DNA of 64,000 bases from Eubacteriales bacterium (lineage in GTDB: Bacteria > Bacillota > Clostridia > Oscillospirales > SIG627): assembly GCA_045655865.1 (NCBI GenBank), contig JAZOQB010000011.1, positions 12,127 to 76,126 of the forward strand. The letters are read 5' to 3'. Below the pieces are notes generated by a model, which saw only the letters and a list, made by a program, of their open reading frames with translations, had not been told where the DNA came from and did not search any database. Each line of letters opens with the position of its first letter. Position 1 is the first letter of the stretch. Both the position numbers and the translations under genes were made by a program. Of this stretch, positions 1 through 9,945 are shown in pieces.

Positions 1-1629
1 ATGAACCAAACCAATTTTAAACGTTTCGGACTCATGCTGGATATGAGCCGCAATGCCGTAATGAAGCTGGATTCCCTGAAGGAATTTCTCACCGTGGTGG
101 CCAAAATGGGCTACAACACCCTCATGCTCTACACCGAAGACACCTACGAGATCTCCGGCGAGCCTTACTTTGGTCACTTTCGCGGTCGATATAGCAAAGA
201 GGACTTAAAAGAGGTGGTAGACCACTGCACCTCTCTTGGGATCGAGGTCATTCCCTGTATCCAAACGCTGGCGCACCTCAACGCCATTTTCCGCTGGCCG
301 CGATTCCAGAAAATCCAAGACCGGGACGATATTTTACTGGCCGCCGAAGAGGAGACCTATCAGTTTATTGACGAAATGCTCAAAACTGCCAAGGAGTGTT
401 TCCCCTCTAAGGTCATTCACATCGGCATGGACGAAGCTCACGCCCTGGGCCTTGGAAAATATTTGGATCGCAACGGCTTTGAAAATCGCTTTCAGATCTT
501 CACACGCCACATCAAGCGGGTGTGTGAAATGGTTCGCGGCTACGGACTGGAACCGGTGATCTGGAGTGACATGTTCTTCCGTCTTGCCAACCACGGAATC
601 TATTCCACCGATACCCCCAACATTCCCCTGGAAGAAATCGGGGAATTGCCGGAGGACGTAGCCATCACTTACTGGGAATATTATTCCACCCTGGAAAGCC
701 GGTATCAGGCCATGATCGACGCCCACAAGGGTCTGGGCAGATCTCTGTGGTTTGCCGGCGGCATCTGGACCTGGAAGGGCTTTGCCCCGGACAATGAATT
801 TTCCGTCCGAGCCACCCGTGCCGCGCTGAACGTATGCCGTAAAGAAAACATTGAAAACGTGATCCTCACCCTTTGGGGCGACAACGGAGCGGAGTGCTCC
901 CGCTGGAGCGTTCTGCCCGGACTTTTCGCCGCAGCTCAGATGGCCCGGGGGGAGATGGACATGGAAAAGATCCGGGCAGACTTTGAAAAAGAATTCGGCA
1001 TTGCCTTTGACGACTTCTGTCTTTTGGATATGCACAAGCCCCAAAGCGGCCATACCGCAAACGACGCGGTATTCAACCCGGAAAAATATCTCCTCTACAA
1101 CGATCCTTTCCTTGGGATCTGCGACTCCACCCTTACAGGAGACGAGGGAGAGTATTATGGGGAGCTTTCTGAGAAGCTCTCGGCCCTTTCTGAAAACGAA
1201 AGATTCGGTTATCTCTTCCGAACCCTTTCCTATCTTGCAAAGACCCTCTCCCGGAAAGCGAATCTGGGCGAAAAGTCCCGCCGGGCCTACCAGTCCGGGG
1301 ACAAAAAAGCCCTGGCCCTTCTCGTGGAGGATTACCGCACCTGCCGGGAGGATTTAAGAGACTTCGTGGACGCGTTCCGGAGCCAGTGGCTCGGGGAAAA
1401 TATGCCCCAGGGTCTGGAGATCCAGGAACTTCGTCTGGGCGGTCTGAAAGAGCGTCTGGCCTCCTGCCAAGCACGGCTTCAAGCGTATCTTTCTCAGGGC
1501 ACAGAAATCCCCGAGCTTCTGGAAAAGCCCCTGGACCTTCAAGGAGGCGGAGAGGAGCTTTCTCACAAGCCCATGCGCCTTCTCCATTGGGGCTCTGTGG
1601 TCTCCCCGAACGTACTCAATTCCAAATAA
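1..1629 (+). CDS. Glycoside hydrolase family 20-like (beta-N-acetylhexosaminidase family) protein
   Basis: 542-aa ORF with GH20-type catalytic motifs recognised by eye (FGLMLDMSRN, HIGMDEAH with adjacent D-E pair, WSDMF). The ATG is at window base 1, so upstream context is unseen. Confidence 0.75.
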   Translation: MNQTNFKRFGLMLDMSRNAVMKLDSLKEFLTVVAKMGYNTLMLYTEDTYEISGEPYFGHFRGRYSKEDLKEVVDHCTSLGIEVIPCIQTLAHLNAIFRWPRFQKIQDRDDILLAAEEETYQFIDEMLKTAKECFPSKVIHIGMDEAHALGLGKYLDRNGFENRFQIFTRHIKRVCEMVRGYGLEPVIWSDMFFRLANHGIYSTDTPNIPLEEIGELPEDVAITYWEYYSTLESRYQAMIDAHKGLGRSLWFAGGIWTWKGFAPDNEFSVRATRAALNVCRKENIENVILTLWGDNGAECSRWSVLPGLFAAAQMARGEMDMEKIRADFEKEFGIAFDDFCLLDMHKPQSGHTANDAVFNPEKYLLYNDPFLGICDSTLTGDEGEYYGELSEKLSALSENERFGYLFRTLSYLAKTLSRKANLGEKSRRAYQSGDKKALALLVEDYRTCREDLRDFVDAFRSQWLGENMPQGLEIQELRLGGLKERLASCQARLQAYLSQGTEIPELLEKPLDLQGGGEELSHKPMRLLHWGSVVSPNVLNSK

Positions 1630-1633
1630 GCCT

Positions 1634-4189
1634 ATGAAAACCATTCTGATTCTGGACGCCAATAGTCTGTTTAACCGGGCTTTTTACGGTGTCCGCCCAC
1701 TCTCCACCCGAGATGGACTTCCCACCAACGCAGTCTTTGGCTATATCAATGTGGTCAAAAAGCATCTGGACGCCATCCGGCCACATTTTGCCGTGGCCGC
1801 CTTTGATCTGCACGCGCCCACCTTCCGTCACAAATTTGATCCTGCCTACAAAGCCAATCGCAAGGGTATGCCGGAAGAACTGTCTCGGCAGCTCCCTTAT
1901 CTTCGCCGGGCAACGCAGGCTCTGGGTCTTGCCATTGTGGAAAAAGAAGGCTTTGAGGCAGACGACATTCTCGGCACCCTGTCCCGCATTGCCGGGGAGG
2001 GAGGAGACCGCGCCGTTCTGGTCACGGGAGACCGGGATTCCTATCAGCTGGTTTCCGATCACACCACCCTCATTCTGGCAGGCACTCATAAGGACGAGGA
2101 AATTACCCCTGAGGTCATTCGGGAAAAATTCGGCCTGACGCCCCGGCAAATGATCGACGTAAAAGCCCTTGCCGGGGATAGCAGCGACAACATTCCCGGT
2201 GTTCGGGGGATTGGGGAAAAAACCGCCTTAAAGCTCATCGGAGAAAAAGGCGATCTGGACGGAGTCTATGCCGATCCGGACACCCTTCCCTTGGGTCCGT
2301 CTGCCAAAGAAAAGATCGCAAGTGGCAAAGAAGACGCCTACCGCAGTCGCTTTTTGGCCGAGATCTGCCGGGATGTTCCGGAATTGGGTCCCATAGAAAA
2401 CTATTCTTATACGGGGATCGTGCCCGCCCTGCTTCGCCCCCTTCTCATTGAGCTGGAGTTTTCCAAAATGCTCCACACATTTGGTCTGGAGGGGGACGTG
2501 GCAACGGATGTGGATCCCACCGATCTTCAAGGCTCTCTGTTTGATCTGATCCCGGAAGAGCCGGTGGAAATTCTCCCCAAGGACGCCTTGCAGCTGAAAG
2601 GGAAGCTTCTCTTTCTGGATTTTGATCAAGAATCCTTTTACGCCCACGACGGAGAAAACGTCTGGCGCTTAGAGGGAGACGTAGAAGCGCTGTTGCGCGC
2701 CTCTTCCCCTGTGGTCTGCGATTACAAAGCCTATCTTCACCGCTTCGCCGACGCCTTCGGACCGATCCGGGGCGTGGGAGCATCCTTTGACCTTTTTTTG
2801 GCGGCCTACGTTCTCAATTCCCAGGACAGCGCCCCAAACCTTTCCCGACTGGCCTTGTCCTATTTAAAGGAAAGCGCGCCGCCCGATCTTTCCGCATCTC
2901 CCGCTACCCGGCTGTCACTTATGGCCCGTCTGTATCCCGTTTTGAAGGAAGCGATCGAAGACAGTTCTGCCAGGGATCTGTATTACCAGATCGAATTGCC
3001 CCTCTCTTACGTATTGGCAAAAATGGAGATCCGGGGCTTTCAGGTAGACCGGGCGGGCATCATACGATACGGGGAAAAGCTGGAAGAGGCCATCAAAGAA
3101 ACGGAACGGAAAATCTTCGATTTGGCCGGAGAAAAATTTTTGATCAACTCTCCCAAGCAGCTGGGCCACATCCTCTTTGAAAAGCTATCTCTTCCCCCCG
3201 GAAAGAAAACAAAGACCGGCTTTGCCACCGACGCGGAGACTTTGGATAAACTGCGCCCCCTTTCCCCTATCATCGGACAGATCCTAGATTACCGTGCTTT
3301 CTCGAAACTTCACAGCACCTACGTTTTGGGTCTTCTTTCTCAAATTCATGAGGATGGGCGGATCCACACCGTTTTCAATCAAACCCTCACCGCCACCGGC
3401 CGTCTTTCCTCCGCAGAGCCCAATTTGCAGAACATTCCCGTAAAAACGGAATTGGGTCGGGAAATGCGCAAGTTCTTCACCGCAAAAGATGAGGGCTACC
3501 TTCTGGTAGACGCCGACTATTCTCAAATTGAACTGCGGCTTCTGGCACACATTTCCAAAGACGCGGCGCTTAAAAACTTCTTTTTGGCAGGGCGGGACAT
3601 TCACACCCAGACCGCATCGGAAATTTTTCACGTACCGGAAGAGGCGGTCACCCCGGAGATGCGAAAGAGCGCCAAAGCGATCAATTTCGGTATCGTGTAC
3701 GGCATCGGCGAATATTCCCTCAGCCAAGACCTGGGCGTTTCCATGCGAGTGGCAAAGGAGTATATTGAAAAGACCTTCGCCCTTTTCCCTCAAGTTCGCT
3801 CGTATCTGGACCGGGTAAAAAAAGAAGCTCACGAAACCGGCTTCGTGCAGACGCTCTTTGGCCGGAAACGCCAGATCCCGGAACTGAAAAGCTCCAAAAA
3901 GCCCCTGGTAGCCTTTGGCGAGCGAGTGGCGATGAACACGCCCATCCAGGGCACCGCCGCGGATATCATAAAACTTGCCATGGTACGGGTAGACCGACGC
4001 CTGGAACAGGAAGGTCTGGAGAGCGCTCTGGTTCTCCAGGTCCACGACGAATTGATCCTGGAAGTACCGAAAAGCGAAGCGGACTACGCCGCCCGGCTTC
4101 TTTCAGAGGAAATGGAAGGCGCGGTGCAGTACGCCGTTCCCCTCATTGCCCAGGCAAACGTGGGCTTTACCTGGTACGACACAAAATAG
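1634..4189 (+). CDS. polA: DNA polymerase I
   Basis: 851-aa ORF. N-terminal 5'-3' exonuclease motifs (LILDANSL, GDRDSYQL, GIGEKTA). C-terminal family A polymerase motifs (DYSQIELR, KAINFGIVYG, QVHDELILE). Confidence 0.97.
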   Translation: MKTILILDANSLFNRAFYGVRPLSTRDGLPTNAVFGYINVVKKHLDAIRPHFAVAAFDLHAPTFRHKFDPAYKANRKGMPEELSRQLPYLRRATQALGLAIVEKEGFEADDILGTLSRIAGEGGDRAVLVTGDRDSYQLVSDHTTLILAGTHKDEEITPEVIREKFGLTPRQMIDVKALAGDSSDNIPGVRGIGEKTALKLIGEKGDLDGVYADPDTLPLGPSAKEKIASGKEDAYRSRFLAEICRDVPELGPIENYSYTGIVPALLRPLLIELEFSKMLHTFGLEGDVATDVDPTDLQGSLFDLIPEEPVEILPKDALQLKGKLLFLDFDQESFYAHDGENVWRLEGDVEALLRASSPVVCDYKAYLHRFADAFGPIRGVGASFDLFLAAYVLNSQDSAPNLSRLALSYLKESAPPDLSASPATRLSLMARLYPVLKEAIEDSSARDLYYQIELPLSYVLAKMEIRGFQVDRAGIIRYGEKLEEAIKETERKIFDLAGEKFLINSPKQLGHILFEKLSLPPGKKTKTGFATDAETLDKLRPLSPIIGQILDYRAFSKLHSTYVLGLLSQIHEDGRIHTVFNQTLTATGRLSSAEPNLQNIPVKTELGREMRKFFTAKDEGYLLVDADYSQIELRLLAHISKDAALKNFFLAGRDIHTQTASEIFHVPEEAVTPEMRKSAKAINFGIVYGIGEYSLSQDLGVSMRVAKEYIEKTFALFPQVRSYLDRVKKEAHETGFVQTLFGRKRQIPELKSSKKPLVAFGERVAMNTPIQGTAADIIKLAMVRVDRRLEQEGLESALVLQVHDELILEVPKSEADYAARLLSEEMEGAVQYAVPLIAQANVGFTWYDTK

Positions 4190-4204
4190 CCGATCCAATC
4201 TATG

Positions 4205-4235
4205 AAAAAGGTCGAGGATAAATCCTCGACCTTTT
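4205..4235. terminator. Bidirectional rho-independent terminator between polA and the SPFH gene
   Basis: 9-bp stem GGTCGAGGA/TCCTCGACC with a 4-nt loop. A-run upstream and T-run downstream, between convergent genes. Confidence 0.8.
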
Positions 4236-4251
4236 CTAATTTTTCGCCGTT

Positions 4252-5043
4252 TTAATTCAGCTGAACGAACGCGCTGGCGTCGCCGCTGACCTGAGGGAGC
4301 TTGCCGTCCCACTTTTCGATCTTTTTGTTTTCAATGACCGTCTCCGTCAAAGACTCGCTTAAGATGCGGTTGGCCTCTGCCTCCGCCTCGGCCTTGATGC
4401 GAATGGTCTCCGCTTGTGCCTGGGCGTTGGTGATGGCAGTCTGCTTTTCCGTCTCCGCCTTCAAAAGCTGCTGCTGTGCCACCTGTTTTTCCTCAATGGC
4501 GTTGATAAAGGCTTCGGAAAAATCAAAGTTCATAATGTTTACGTCGGTCACGTACAATCCTTCGCCGTTGAGCTTTTCATTGAGTCCTTTCACCAAGCCG
4601 TCGGAAATGATGGCCCGATTGGTTACGCTCTCCTCTGCGGTGTACTGGGCAGTAATGGCCTTGAGAACTTCGTTCACGGCAGGAGCCATGAGTACGCTCT
4701 CGTAGCTGGGGCCGATGTTCTTGTAGATCTTGTCACTCTTGGCGGCATCCACACGGTAATTGATGGCCAGCACCGTAGATACGGTCTGCAAGTCCTTGGA
4801 AAAGGCCTCGGTAGCCACTTCAAGCTTTGTGATACGGTTATCGATCATGACCACCTGCTGAACAAAGGGAATCTTCAAATGAAACCCTTCCTGCAGGCCG
4901 CCCTCGCTCACTTTTCCCAGGGTCAGAACCACACCGGTGTGTCCCGCCTGAACGATGGTAAAGGAATTGAAGGCCACCACCAGGGCTACCACGGCTACCA
5001 AAATGGCAATCACGGTGGCAACAGATAACTTTTTGTTTTTCAT
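4252..5043 (-). CDS. SPFH/Band 7 (prohibitin-like) membrane protein
   Basis: 263-aa ORF with an N-terminal TM helix, an SPFH-like core and an A/E/Q-rich coiled-coil tail. AAGGAG lies 8 nt upstream of the ATG. Confidence 0.85.
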   Translation of the reverse strand: MKNKKLSVATVIAILVAVVALVVAFNSFTIVQAGHTGVVLTLGKVSEGGLQEGFHLKIPFVQQVVMIDNRITKLEVATEAFSKDLQTVSTVLAINYRVDAAKSDKIYKNIGPSYESVLMAPAVNEVLKAITAQYTAEESVTNRAIISDGLVKGLNEKLNGEGLYVTDVNIMNFDFSEAFINAIEEKQVAQQQLLKAETEKQTAITNAQAQAETIRIKAEAEAEANRILSESLTETVIENKKIEKWDGKLPQVSGDASAFVQLN

Positions 5044-5065
5044 ATTACTTTCTCCTTTTCTTTTT

Positions 5066-6016
5066 TTATCGGGGGTTGACTACGTTCCGGGCTTCCCCCG
5101 CTAAATACGCTCGTAAATTCTCCACAAGGATCCCAAAAAGCCGGGCCCGCGTTTCCTTGGGGGCCCAAGCCACGTGGGGCGTAAGAATACAGTTTTTCGC
5201 ACCAATCAGGGGGCAATCTTTCCGCTGGGGCTCCGTGGTAAGTACGTCGGCGGCAAAACCGGCGATTTTCCCTTCGTTAAGAGCCCGGGCCAGGGCCGCC
5301 TCATCCACAAGTCCGCCCCGGGCGGTATTGATCAGATATGCGCCCGATTTCATCCGAGCCAGATTCTCTTCTCCGATGATCCCTTCCGTCTCCGAGGAAA
5401 GAGGGCAATGCAGGGAAAGAAAGTCGCTCTGAGAAAAAAGCGTGTCCAGAGAAACAAGCTCATAGGGCAGATCTTTTTTGGATCGGGCGTGATAGATCAC
5501 CCTCATTCCAAACGCCTCTCCCAGCTTTGCCACCCGCTGACCGATGCTCCCCATTCCCAAAAGGCCCAAGGTTTTGCCCGAAAGCTCCGTCATGGGGTAG
5601 GGATAATAGCAAAAAAGTTTCGAGCGGGTCCAATCTCCCCGGGCAGTAGAAGAAGCGTAAGCCATAAGATTTGTGGCAAACTGCAAAAGGAAGGTCACGG
5701 TGAGCTGAGCTACCGCGTCAGAAGAATAAGAAGGGATGTTGGTGACGGTGATCCCCCGCTCTCTGGCGGCAGAAATATCAACGTTATTATACCCTGTGGC
5801 AGTCAGACCGATGTACCGAAGATTGGGACAGGCGTCCATGATCTCTGATGTCATCTTCACTTTACTGCACAAAACCACCGGGCTGTCTCCAATCAAAGAC
5901 GCCACCTCTTCGGGTTTGGGCGGATCCAGATACCGTACCGGGCCAAAATCTTCCAGCGCCCGGGGACTCAAGTCGCTTCCGCAAACACTTTCCCATTCAA
6001 AAAAAGCAATGTCCAT
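5066..6016 (-). CDS. D-isomer-specific 2-hydroxyacid dehydrogenase (glycerate dehydrogenase-like)
   Basis: NAD-binding GLLGMGSIGQRVA and the C-terminal ILTPHVAW region typical of the family. Start moved to the second ATG (6016) for a GGAGG spacing of 7 nt. Confidence 0.85.
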   Translation of the reverse strand: MDIAFFEWESVCGSDLSPRALEDFGPVRYLDPPKPEEVASLIGDSPVVLCSKVKMTSEIMDACPNLRYIGLTATGYNNVDISAARERGITVTNIPSYSSDAVAQLTVTFLLQFATNLMAYASSTARGDWTRSKLFCYYPYPMTELSGKTLGLLGMGSIGQRVAKLGEAFGMRVIYHARSKKDLPYELVSLDTLFSQSDFLSLHCPLSSETEGIIGEENLARMKSGAYLINTARGGLVDEAALARALNEGKIAGFAADVLTTEPQRKDCPLIGAKNCILTPHVAWAPKETRARLFGILVENLRAYLAGEARNVVNPR

Positions 6017-6109
6017 TTCCATTCCTCCTTTCCTCTATTATAGCACAGCACCCTCAAGTTGACAAGCGAGCCAAAAAAATTCTTCTCTGACCCAAAAGGG
6101 AAAAAGAGC

Positions 6110-6140
6110 GCAAAAAAAGCGCGTGGGCACGCGCTTTTCT
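6110..6140 (-). terminator. Rho-independent terminator after the aminotransferase gene
   Basis: GCGCGT/ACGCGC stem with a GGGC loop. On the minus strand it is followed by T7. Confidence 0.7.
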
Positions 6141-6143
6141 CTT

Positions 6144-7442
6144 TTATTCTCCCGTCTCTTCCGTCCCGATGCTCTCCGGGGGATCTTGCAGGGATTCTGT
6201 TTCATCAACCTTATCCAAAAGCATTTTGGCCGTCCGGCTCTCATCTTCTTTCTCCTGGCTTTCCCGGGCTCTTTTCATCGCATCTACCAGTTTCTCTACC
6301 GCCTCAAGGGCTTCCTCGGGATGGCCAAAGGCGGTGATCCGGACAAAATTTTCCCCGGTGTAGCCATAGCGGGAGCCGGGGGTGACCACGCACCCGGCCT
6401 CTTCCATTAAAAAGTCAAAAAACTGCCAAGCACTCCATCCAAAGGGACACTGAGCCCAAAGAAAAGGCCCGGTGTCGCCGCCCACGCAAGGGATGCCGGC
6501 ACGGGTAAGGCCGTCGGAAAGGATCCGGGATACTTCCAAGATTTGGGAAAACATCTCTTGGGTGATCTGCTCTGTCTCCGGTGAAAAGAGCAATTCCGCC
6601 GCCCTTTGCATCACAAAAGAGGGGGGCGTTGAGGTAGCGGGTTGCCGGGCACAGAAAAGAGGCTGGATTCGGGTGCCGTTCCGGGAGAGGGTAGAAGGAA
6701 TAATAACGTATGCGATCTTCAGTTCCCGCACCCCGTAACCTTTCTCAAAGGAAAAAAGCTCCACAGCGCAGTTTTGCGCTCCCTCCACTTCATAGATGGA
6801 CCGGGGATAACGCTCAGGATCCGAATATTCGGAAAGGGAGGCGTCAAAAATGATGAGACTTCCCGTTTCGTTGGCCATGTCCACCCATGCACCAAGCTCT
6901 TCCCGGGTCAGAGCTACGCCGGTAACGGGGCTGGGGGAGGAAAGGTGGATCAGATCCGCACCGCTCAGATCCGGCAAGGGGCGAAAGGCGTTTTCCGGGG
7001 TAGCCCGGACAAAGGTCACGTTTCTCCCTGCAGCCCGGTGCAGATCCACAAGACGTCTCTCGCCGGGATCGGGGATCAAAACGGTATTTTCCGAAGCAAA
7101 AAGCTGGGAGAGGCAAGAATATGCGCTCTCCAGACCGGAGGTCATGAACACGTCGCTCTCCGGAACCGAAACGCCCAGGCGGCCAAGGCGCCCCGTCACA
7201 GCCTTTTTCACACTGTCATATCCGCTCCAAGGGCTGGAAAGGAGCTGGCCAAAAGGCTCGGCGGTCTCCTCGACTGCCTTTTTCATGCCACAGATCACGT
7301 TTTCCGGCAAGGGCATGTTCATCATTTCCTGATCCAGTCGGATCAGGGTCTTTGTGGGGTTATCCTGCAAATAATCGGAAACGCGGCTCGATACGGAAAC
7401 ATGGCTGTCCGGCAGGATTTTGATGTTTTCATTGAAAACCAT
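6144..7442 (-). CDS. Class I/II PLP-dependent aminotransferase (LL-diaminopimelate aminotransferase-like)
   Basis: DapL-like N-terminus (FNENIKIL), an SFEK putative PLP lysine and an acidic C-terminal tail of about 50 aa. Start set to ATG 7442 (AAGGAG 9 nt upstream) instead of the track's TTG at 7472. Confidence 0.75.
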   Translation of the reverse strand: MVFNENIKILPDSHVSVSSRVSDYLQDNPTKTLIRLDQEMMNMPLPENVICGMKKAVEETAEPFGQLLSSPWSGYDSVKKAVTGRLGRLGVSVPESDVFMTSGLESAYSCLSQLFASENTVLIPDPGERRLVDLHRAAGRNVTFVRATPENAFRPLPDLSGADLIHLSSPSPVTGVALTREELGAWVDMANETGSLIIFDASLSEYSDPERYPRSIYEVEGAQNCAVELFSFEKGYGVRELKIAYVIIPSTLSRNGTRIQPLFCARQPATSTPPSFVMQRAAELLFSPETEQITQEMFSQILEVSRILSDGLTRAGIPCVGGDTGPFLWAQCPFGWSAWQFFDFLMEEAGCVVTPGSRYGYTGENFVRITAFGHPEEALEAVEKLVDAMKRARESQEKEDESRTAKMLLDKVDETESLQDPPESIGTEETGE

Positions 7443-7481
7443 TCCGCTTTTCTCCTTCGTTTTTGTGGTCAAATGACCTTG

Positions 7482-8402
7482 TCACGAGGTCTTCAGGATC
7501 TCGCCTACCACGTTGTATACTTGGGAAATGGGGATCACCGAAACAAGACCGTTCCAGTCAGGGGAGACCGCATCGGTACAAAAACCTATGGTTTTGCCGC
7601 CTTCATCCACCACCGGCGCGCCCCAGAGGGAATCGTTGGGGGTCACTTCCATGTAGATCATCGGCACGCTTTTGGCCATATCCCCCTCTCCCACCAAAAC
7701 GGGCTGATCCACGGAGGCAGCCATACCGGAAAGGGCGGTGCCGTAATACACGTTCTGACTCACAGCGCCCAAAACATAGAGGGTCTCTCCTCGCTCTACC
7801 CCGCCGTCACTTTCCACAGGCACCGGGGTATAGACCCCTTCCTGATGCAAGCGAAGAAGCTGGATTCCCAAAGGATCGTATCTCCCAAGAAGATCCACCG
7901 CAGAGCCGACGCCCGCCTCTGTATAAACGGTCACCCGGGATAAGGGCGATCCTTGTTCTTTCAATAAAGAAGTGGCGCACACCGCCGTACCGTCCTCGGC
8001 AATGAGAAATCCGGTTCCGCGGCGGCAAGACCCATCTGCAAATTCCGCCTCTACGGTGACCAGAGACGAGGTAACCTCTCTCACGATCTCTTCCGGGCTT
8101 TTCAAATTGGCCGCCATCTCCGAATAGGTAGGTACGCGAATGGCGTTGTTTCCTTCTCCGGTGACGTTGCCCCCGTTTGCAAACAGACCGGAGCGATTCA
8201 GAGACAGGATCCCCAGAACAGCAAAAGCGCCAAGCAAAAGGACGATCAAACACAAGCTGAAAGTACGCCAAAAGCGTTTTTGGCGTTGCTGAGTCCTTTC
8301 GTATTCAAAACGGGTAGAATACCCACCGTAGCCCTGTGCTTTTCCCCGGCTTTTGTCTGCCTTTGGGGAAAGGGGCTTTTCTTTGTTTTGCTCTGGGATC
8401 AT
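7482..8402 (-). CDS. Membrane-anchored trypsin-like (S1C/HtrA-like) domain protein, possibly non-catalytic
   Basis: 306-aa ORF with a basic N-terminus and one TM helix. GTGFLIAEDG resembles the HtrA GSGFI motif. By eye the His position reads CATSLL, and GNSGG is replaced by NDSLWG. AGGAG lies 6 nt upstream. Confidence 0.6.
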   Translation of the reverse strand: MIPEQNKEKPLSPKADKSRGKAQGYGGYSTRFEYERTQQRQKRFWRTFSLCLIVLLLGAFAVLGILSLNRSGLFANGGNVTGEGNNAIRVPTYSEMAANLKSPEEIVREVTSSLVTVEAEFADGSCRRGTGFLIAEDGTAVCATSLLKEQGSPLSRVTVYTEAGVGSAVDLLGRYDPLGIQLLRLHQEGVYTPVPVESDGGVERGETLYVLGAVSQNVYYGTALSGMAASVDQPVLVGEGDMAKSVPMIYMEVTPNDSLWGAPVVDEGGKTIGFCTDAVSPDWNGLVSVIPISQVYNVVGEILKTS

Positions 8403-8443
8403 CTCTTACTCCTGAACCTGAAATCATTTCTTTCTTAGGGGTC

Positions 8444-9907
8444 TTACGCCTGGGGAGGATAGGACAAGGGCAAGCTGAAGATCAGCTCCGTATAGTCGTT
8501 GACACGGCTCTCGATCCAAATCTCCTCTCCGTGGGCACTGATAATGGACTTGGCAATAAACAGTCCCAGACCCATCCCGGTCTTATCCACTCCCCGGGAT
8601 CGGTCGGATTTATAAAAACGGTCAAAGATCTGGCTCAATTCCTCGGGAGGGATCCCCTCGCCGGAATTGCGCACAGCAAAAAGAACTTTTTTCGACTTCT
8701 GCGTTACGATCTTAATGGAAAGCTTTCCCTTTTGGGGAACGAATTTTACCGCGTTGTCCAAAAGGTTGTACATCACCTGGGCAATGGCGTCCCGGTCTGC
8801 ATTGACAAAAAGGGAATCCTTTTCACATTCAAAGGACACCTCCACCTGTTTTTCCTCCAGCCGGTTCTCAAAGGAAAGCAAGGTCACCCGTCCCAATTCG
8901 CACAGGTCCATGGGGAGAAAATCGTATTTTCGCTCCCCGGCAGTCAGGCGGCTGGTCTCCAAAAGCGTTTGCACCAGGCGGGAGAGACGGTTCACCTCGG
9001 TCAAAACGATGTCAAAATACCGGCCTTGCCGATCCGGCGGAATGGCTCCCTCTTTCATATTCTGCACAAAACCGCCGATGGTAGTCAAAGGAGTACGCAG
9101 ATCGTGGGAAACGTTGGAAATGAAGCTTTGACGAAGGGTTTCGTTGTCCCGGACGGTTTGCATGGCCTGGTTAAAGGTTCGGATCAAAGGGATCAGCTCT
9201 CCCCCTTTTTCCTCAGGCAAAGCATCCGGGATCTTTCCCCGGATAAAGGAGCTTGCCGCATTGTTCAGTCGCTGCAAAGGAAGGACCAGACGGCGAATCA
9301 AAAGAACGAAGAAGAAAACGGTTCCTGTCACGATCATAGCCGCAGCAAAAAGAAGACTTACAACAAAATGGTGCAGAAAAGGCCCCGGGGCCTTTTCCGG
9401 CTGAATCAAAAACACCGCCCCCACTCTCTGTTTGGAGACCTCGGTGTATTTTTTTTCCAAAAGGATCACCCGGCAGAGCTGTTCTTCTTGTAAAAAGCCG
9501 TCCAGATCCGTGAGAAAACTTGCTCCCTGGCGGGCAGACCGGGCGCTTTCGGTCATACAGGCAGAAGAGAGAACGCCGGAAAAATCCGGGGCAGTGGAAA
9601 GGATCACTTTCCCGGCTCCGTCCGTCAAAAACAACTCCCTCTCATCTTCGCCCCGAGCGCCTTCCAAAGTCGATCGCAAAAGGTCCAGCTCCTCCCGGAG
9701 AAGGTACTGGAGATCTTTTTGAGACACCTCGATCATGGCCGACACGGTTTGGGATACGCTCTCTGTGGCCTGCTCCAAACCTTTTTCCGCCTGGCTTGAA
9801 AAATAAGAAGTGGCAAGAAGCCAGATCTGTCCCATCAAAACGAAAAACCCGGCCAGAACGACAGCCAGCAAAGAGACGCCGTATTTAAAGAAATTGGATC
9901 GTTTCAT
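8444..9907 (-). CDS. Sensor histidine kinase
   Basis: Two TM segments flank an extracytoplasmic domain. H-box SHDLRTPLT and HATPase_c boxes (LDNAVKF, GMGLGL) are present. Confidence 0.92.
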   Translation of the reverse strand: MKRSNFFKYGVSLLAVVLAGFFVLMGQIWLLATSYFSSQAEKGLEQATESVSQTVSAMIEVSQKDLQYLLREELDLLRSTLEGARGEDERELFLTDGAGKVILSTAPDFSGVLSSACMTESARSARQGASFLTDLDGFLQEEQLCRVILLEKKYTEVSKQRVGAVFLIQPEKAPGPFLHHFVVSLLFAAAMIVTGTVFFFVLLIRRLVLPLQRLNNAASSFIRGKIPDALPEEKGGELIPLIRTFNQAMQTVRDNETLRQSFISNVSHDLRTPLTTIGGFVQNMKEGAIPPDRQGRYFDIVLTEVNRLSRLVQTLLETSRLTAGERKYDFLPMDLCELGRVTLLSFENRLEEKQVEVSFECEKDSLFVNADRDAIAQVMYNLLDNAVKFVPQKGKLSIKIVTQKSKKVLFAVRNSGEGIPPEELSQIFDRFYKSDRSRGVDKTGMGLGLFIAKSIISAHGEEIWIESRVNDYTELIFSLPLSYPPQA

Positions 9908-9945
9908 ACATGGTTTCCCCGTGCTTTTTTTGGGTCTTTGTCCCT

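Noticed and set aside
6642-9493. Long plus-strand ORFs (6642-7943, 7463-8005, 8336-9493) opposite the aminotransferase, protease-like and kinase genes.
   Set aside because: All are antisense to genes with clear family signatures. They are Gly/Arg/His-rich and lack an SD.
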